58,133 bases of DNA, taken from a virus (Duplodnaviria > Caudoviricetes). Position numbers and translations under genes: made by a program. The stretch is taken from IMG/VR virus record IMGVR_UViG_3300050161_000124, positions 1-58,133 of that record. One strand, given 5' to 3'. The notes under the pieces were generated by a model. It made no database searches. It saw nothing but the letters and a program-made list of their open reading frames with translations, and was not told the origin of the DNA. Shown here in pieces: positions 56,754-58,133 of the stretch (the stretch's first letter is position 1; each line of letters begins with the position of its first letter).

Positions 56754-58046
56754 ATGGCCAAGAAAATCATGTCCGCTACTATCATTGGGTGCGCCGCCAT
56801 CCTCTCCCGCACAGACTTCAAGGAGGGGGGTGAAGGCTTCAAGTATCACCTGCTCGGTGTTACATCTGAACTTCACCCTAAAGTGGTGTTCAAGCCTATC
56901 CTACGATATCGTGCGGCCGGGGAAGGATTCCCTGCCGAAGTGACCGCCCATGATGGTCGTGCGTACTTGATCGCCGTCGAGTATCTCTCCAAAGACTTGA
57001 CGTACTTTTTCAATGAGGATTTCACCCAAGTTCCAGGTCTAGCGGAAGTTTTAGAGGAGCGAGTAGAGGGGTTAGGTACACCTAAGTGGTCAACGCTCAC
57101 TGCAGCGCCCCTACAGGGCTTCTATCAAGGCCGAGCAAAGGTCCGCAAGCAAGAAGATAACTCGTTGATGTCGTTATCTAAGCCTAACTTTCTCCCTCGA
57201 GATTTCCAGTACATGTCAATTCAACATGTTAGGTATCAGGAGAAATATCTGACCGGCTCCTTATGGGCGGAAAATCTAGTGAAGTTCGATCCGACGGGCT
57301 TGTCGGCTCGCGGTGGGGCGAGCGTTGCGACCATAGCAGTTATAGATCCTACTCGACCCCCTGAGAATGACAACATCCCCCTTCTAGTCTACTACGGCAT
57401 TTCTCTGTGCAATCCGTCTGATAACTTCTGCCGGCGAATAGGATCGTTACTCGCAAAAGAAAGCTGCGGGGGCGCACTGGAAAGCCTTGACCCGAACTTC
57501 AAGGATCACAAAGAAGTGATCAAAGCTTTGGAGAAGAAGTACGACGTTCACTCGAAGTCACGGCCGGAAAATAATTTGACGCCAGGCGTCTTGGCTGGAG
57601 GAGTGAAAGTCATAGAAGATACTTTGCTTTTGCCCCTCTTGGATTTAGGCCCTCAATCTAGTGTGGGGATTCTAGCATCGTCCAACTCAGGGGCCGGCGT
57701 CATCTCTATGGATCTGAGTGCTGGTCTATCCGGAGTCACTATCTACCCTGAGGTAGGCGTCATATCTTTACCCTCTAAATTTGCAAAGGATTTGTCTTAC
57801 CTCATTCTTCACAACGCCTTTTATGGAGTAGAGTCTCTAATAAGGGGTAGCGGTGATGAAGAGGGTATGGGCGTGCGTAATAGCCTGTACCTGGCGTCCG
57901 TCGTTTCAGCCTCGATTGTCCTCGAGGAGGAGTCTGATAACAAAACGAGGGGTCAAGAAAAAGGCAATCAAGTGGGCCTCGAGGTAGAATCTATTTTGAA
58001 AGAAACGGATACTATTTCAGAATCGGACCCAACCACCCCGCAATAA
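56754..58046 (+). CDS. hypothetical protein
   Basis: 430 aa with AAGGA RBS; internal CNPSDNFCRRIG motif. Confidence 0.7.
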   Translation: MAKKIMSATIIGCAAILSRTDFKEGGEGFKYHLLGVTSELHPKVVFKPILRYRAAGEGFPAEVTAHDGRAYLIAVEYLSKDLTYFFNEDFTQVPGLAEVLEERVEGLGTPKWSTLTAAPLQGFYQGRAKVRKQEDNSLMSLSKPNFLPRDFQYMSIQHVRYQEKYLTGSLWAENLVKFDPTGLSARGGASVATIAVIDPTRPPENDNIPLLVYYGISLCNPSDNFCRRIGSLLAKESCGGALESLDPNFKDHKEVIKALEKKYDVHSKSRPENNLTPGVLAGGVKVIEDTLLLPLLDLGPQSSVGILASSNSGAGVISMDLSAGLSGVTIYPEVGVISLPSKFAKDLSYLILHNAFYGVESLIRGSGDEEGMGVRNSLYLASVVSASIVLEEESDNKTRGQEKGNQVGLEVESILKETDTISESDPTTPQ

Positions 58047-58049
58047 TAT

Positions 58050-58123
58050 CTCAGCCTGAATATTAGAGTATCTCTATACCCTCCCAGGAGAGTATCCAGA
58101 TTATCTCTAATATTCAAACTGAG
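58050..58123. repeat. long imperfect inverted repeat (74-nt hairpin)
   Basis: CTCAG/CTGAG, perfect 12-bp TGAATATTAGAG/CTCTAATATTCA, inner ATAC/GTAT and CTCC/GGAG. Confidence 0.8.
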
Positions 58124-58133
58124 TGGGCGCTAA

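Noticed and set aside
1-58133. tRNA/rRNA genes or alternative genetic code
   Set aside because: No cloverleaf or rRNA-like sequence noticed in the short intergenic gaps; genes are full length under the standard code.

Overview
This window reads as a segment of a large contractile-tailed (myovirus-like) phage genome. The minus strand carries a virion morphogenesis region: terminase, neck and tail-completion proteins, sheath, tube, frameshifted tail chaperones, tape measure, baseplate, spike, two paralogous fibre/receptor-binding cassettes, a lysis cassette and a phage sigma factor. Short plus-strand islands interrupt it, and most start with the same motif, TGGTATAAG. The two most notable islands are (1) a complete PRTRC-like ubiquitin-like conjugation operon (Ubl ending GNKG, two unknown proteins, E2, JAB, E1/ThiF; 18593-23960) and (2) a retron-type reverse transcriptase whose N-terminus is dual-coded with an unknown acidic-tailed protein. 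The RT follows a structured leader and a small ORF and lies divergent from a PD-(D/E)xK nuclease (26533-29424). Other observations are a stand-alone RNA polymerase beta-prime zinc-domain protein among the baseplate genes, many apparently leaderless genes (TAnAAT-N6-ATG), and a long orphan hairpin at the right edge. All calls come from reading motifs by eye; no database searches were run.
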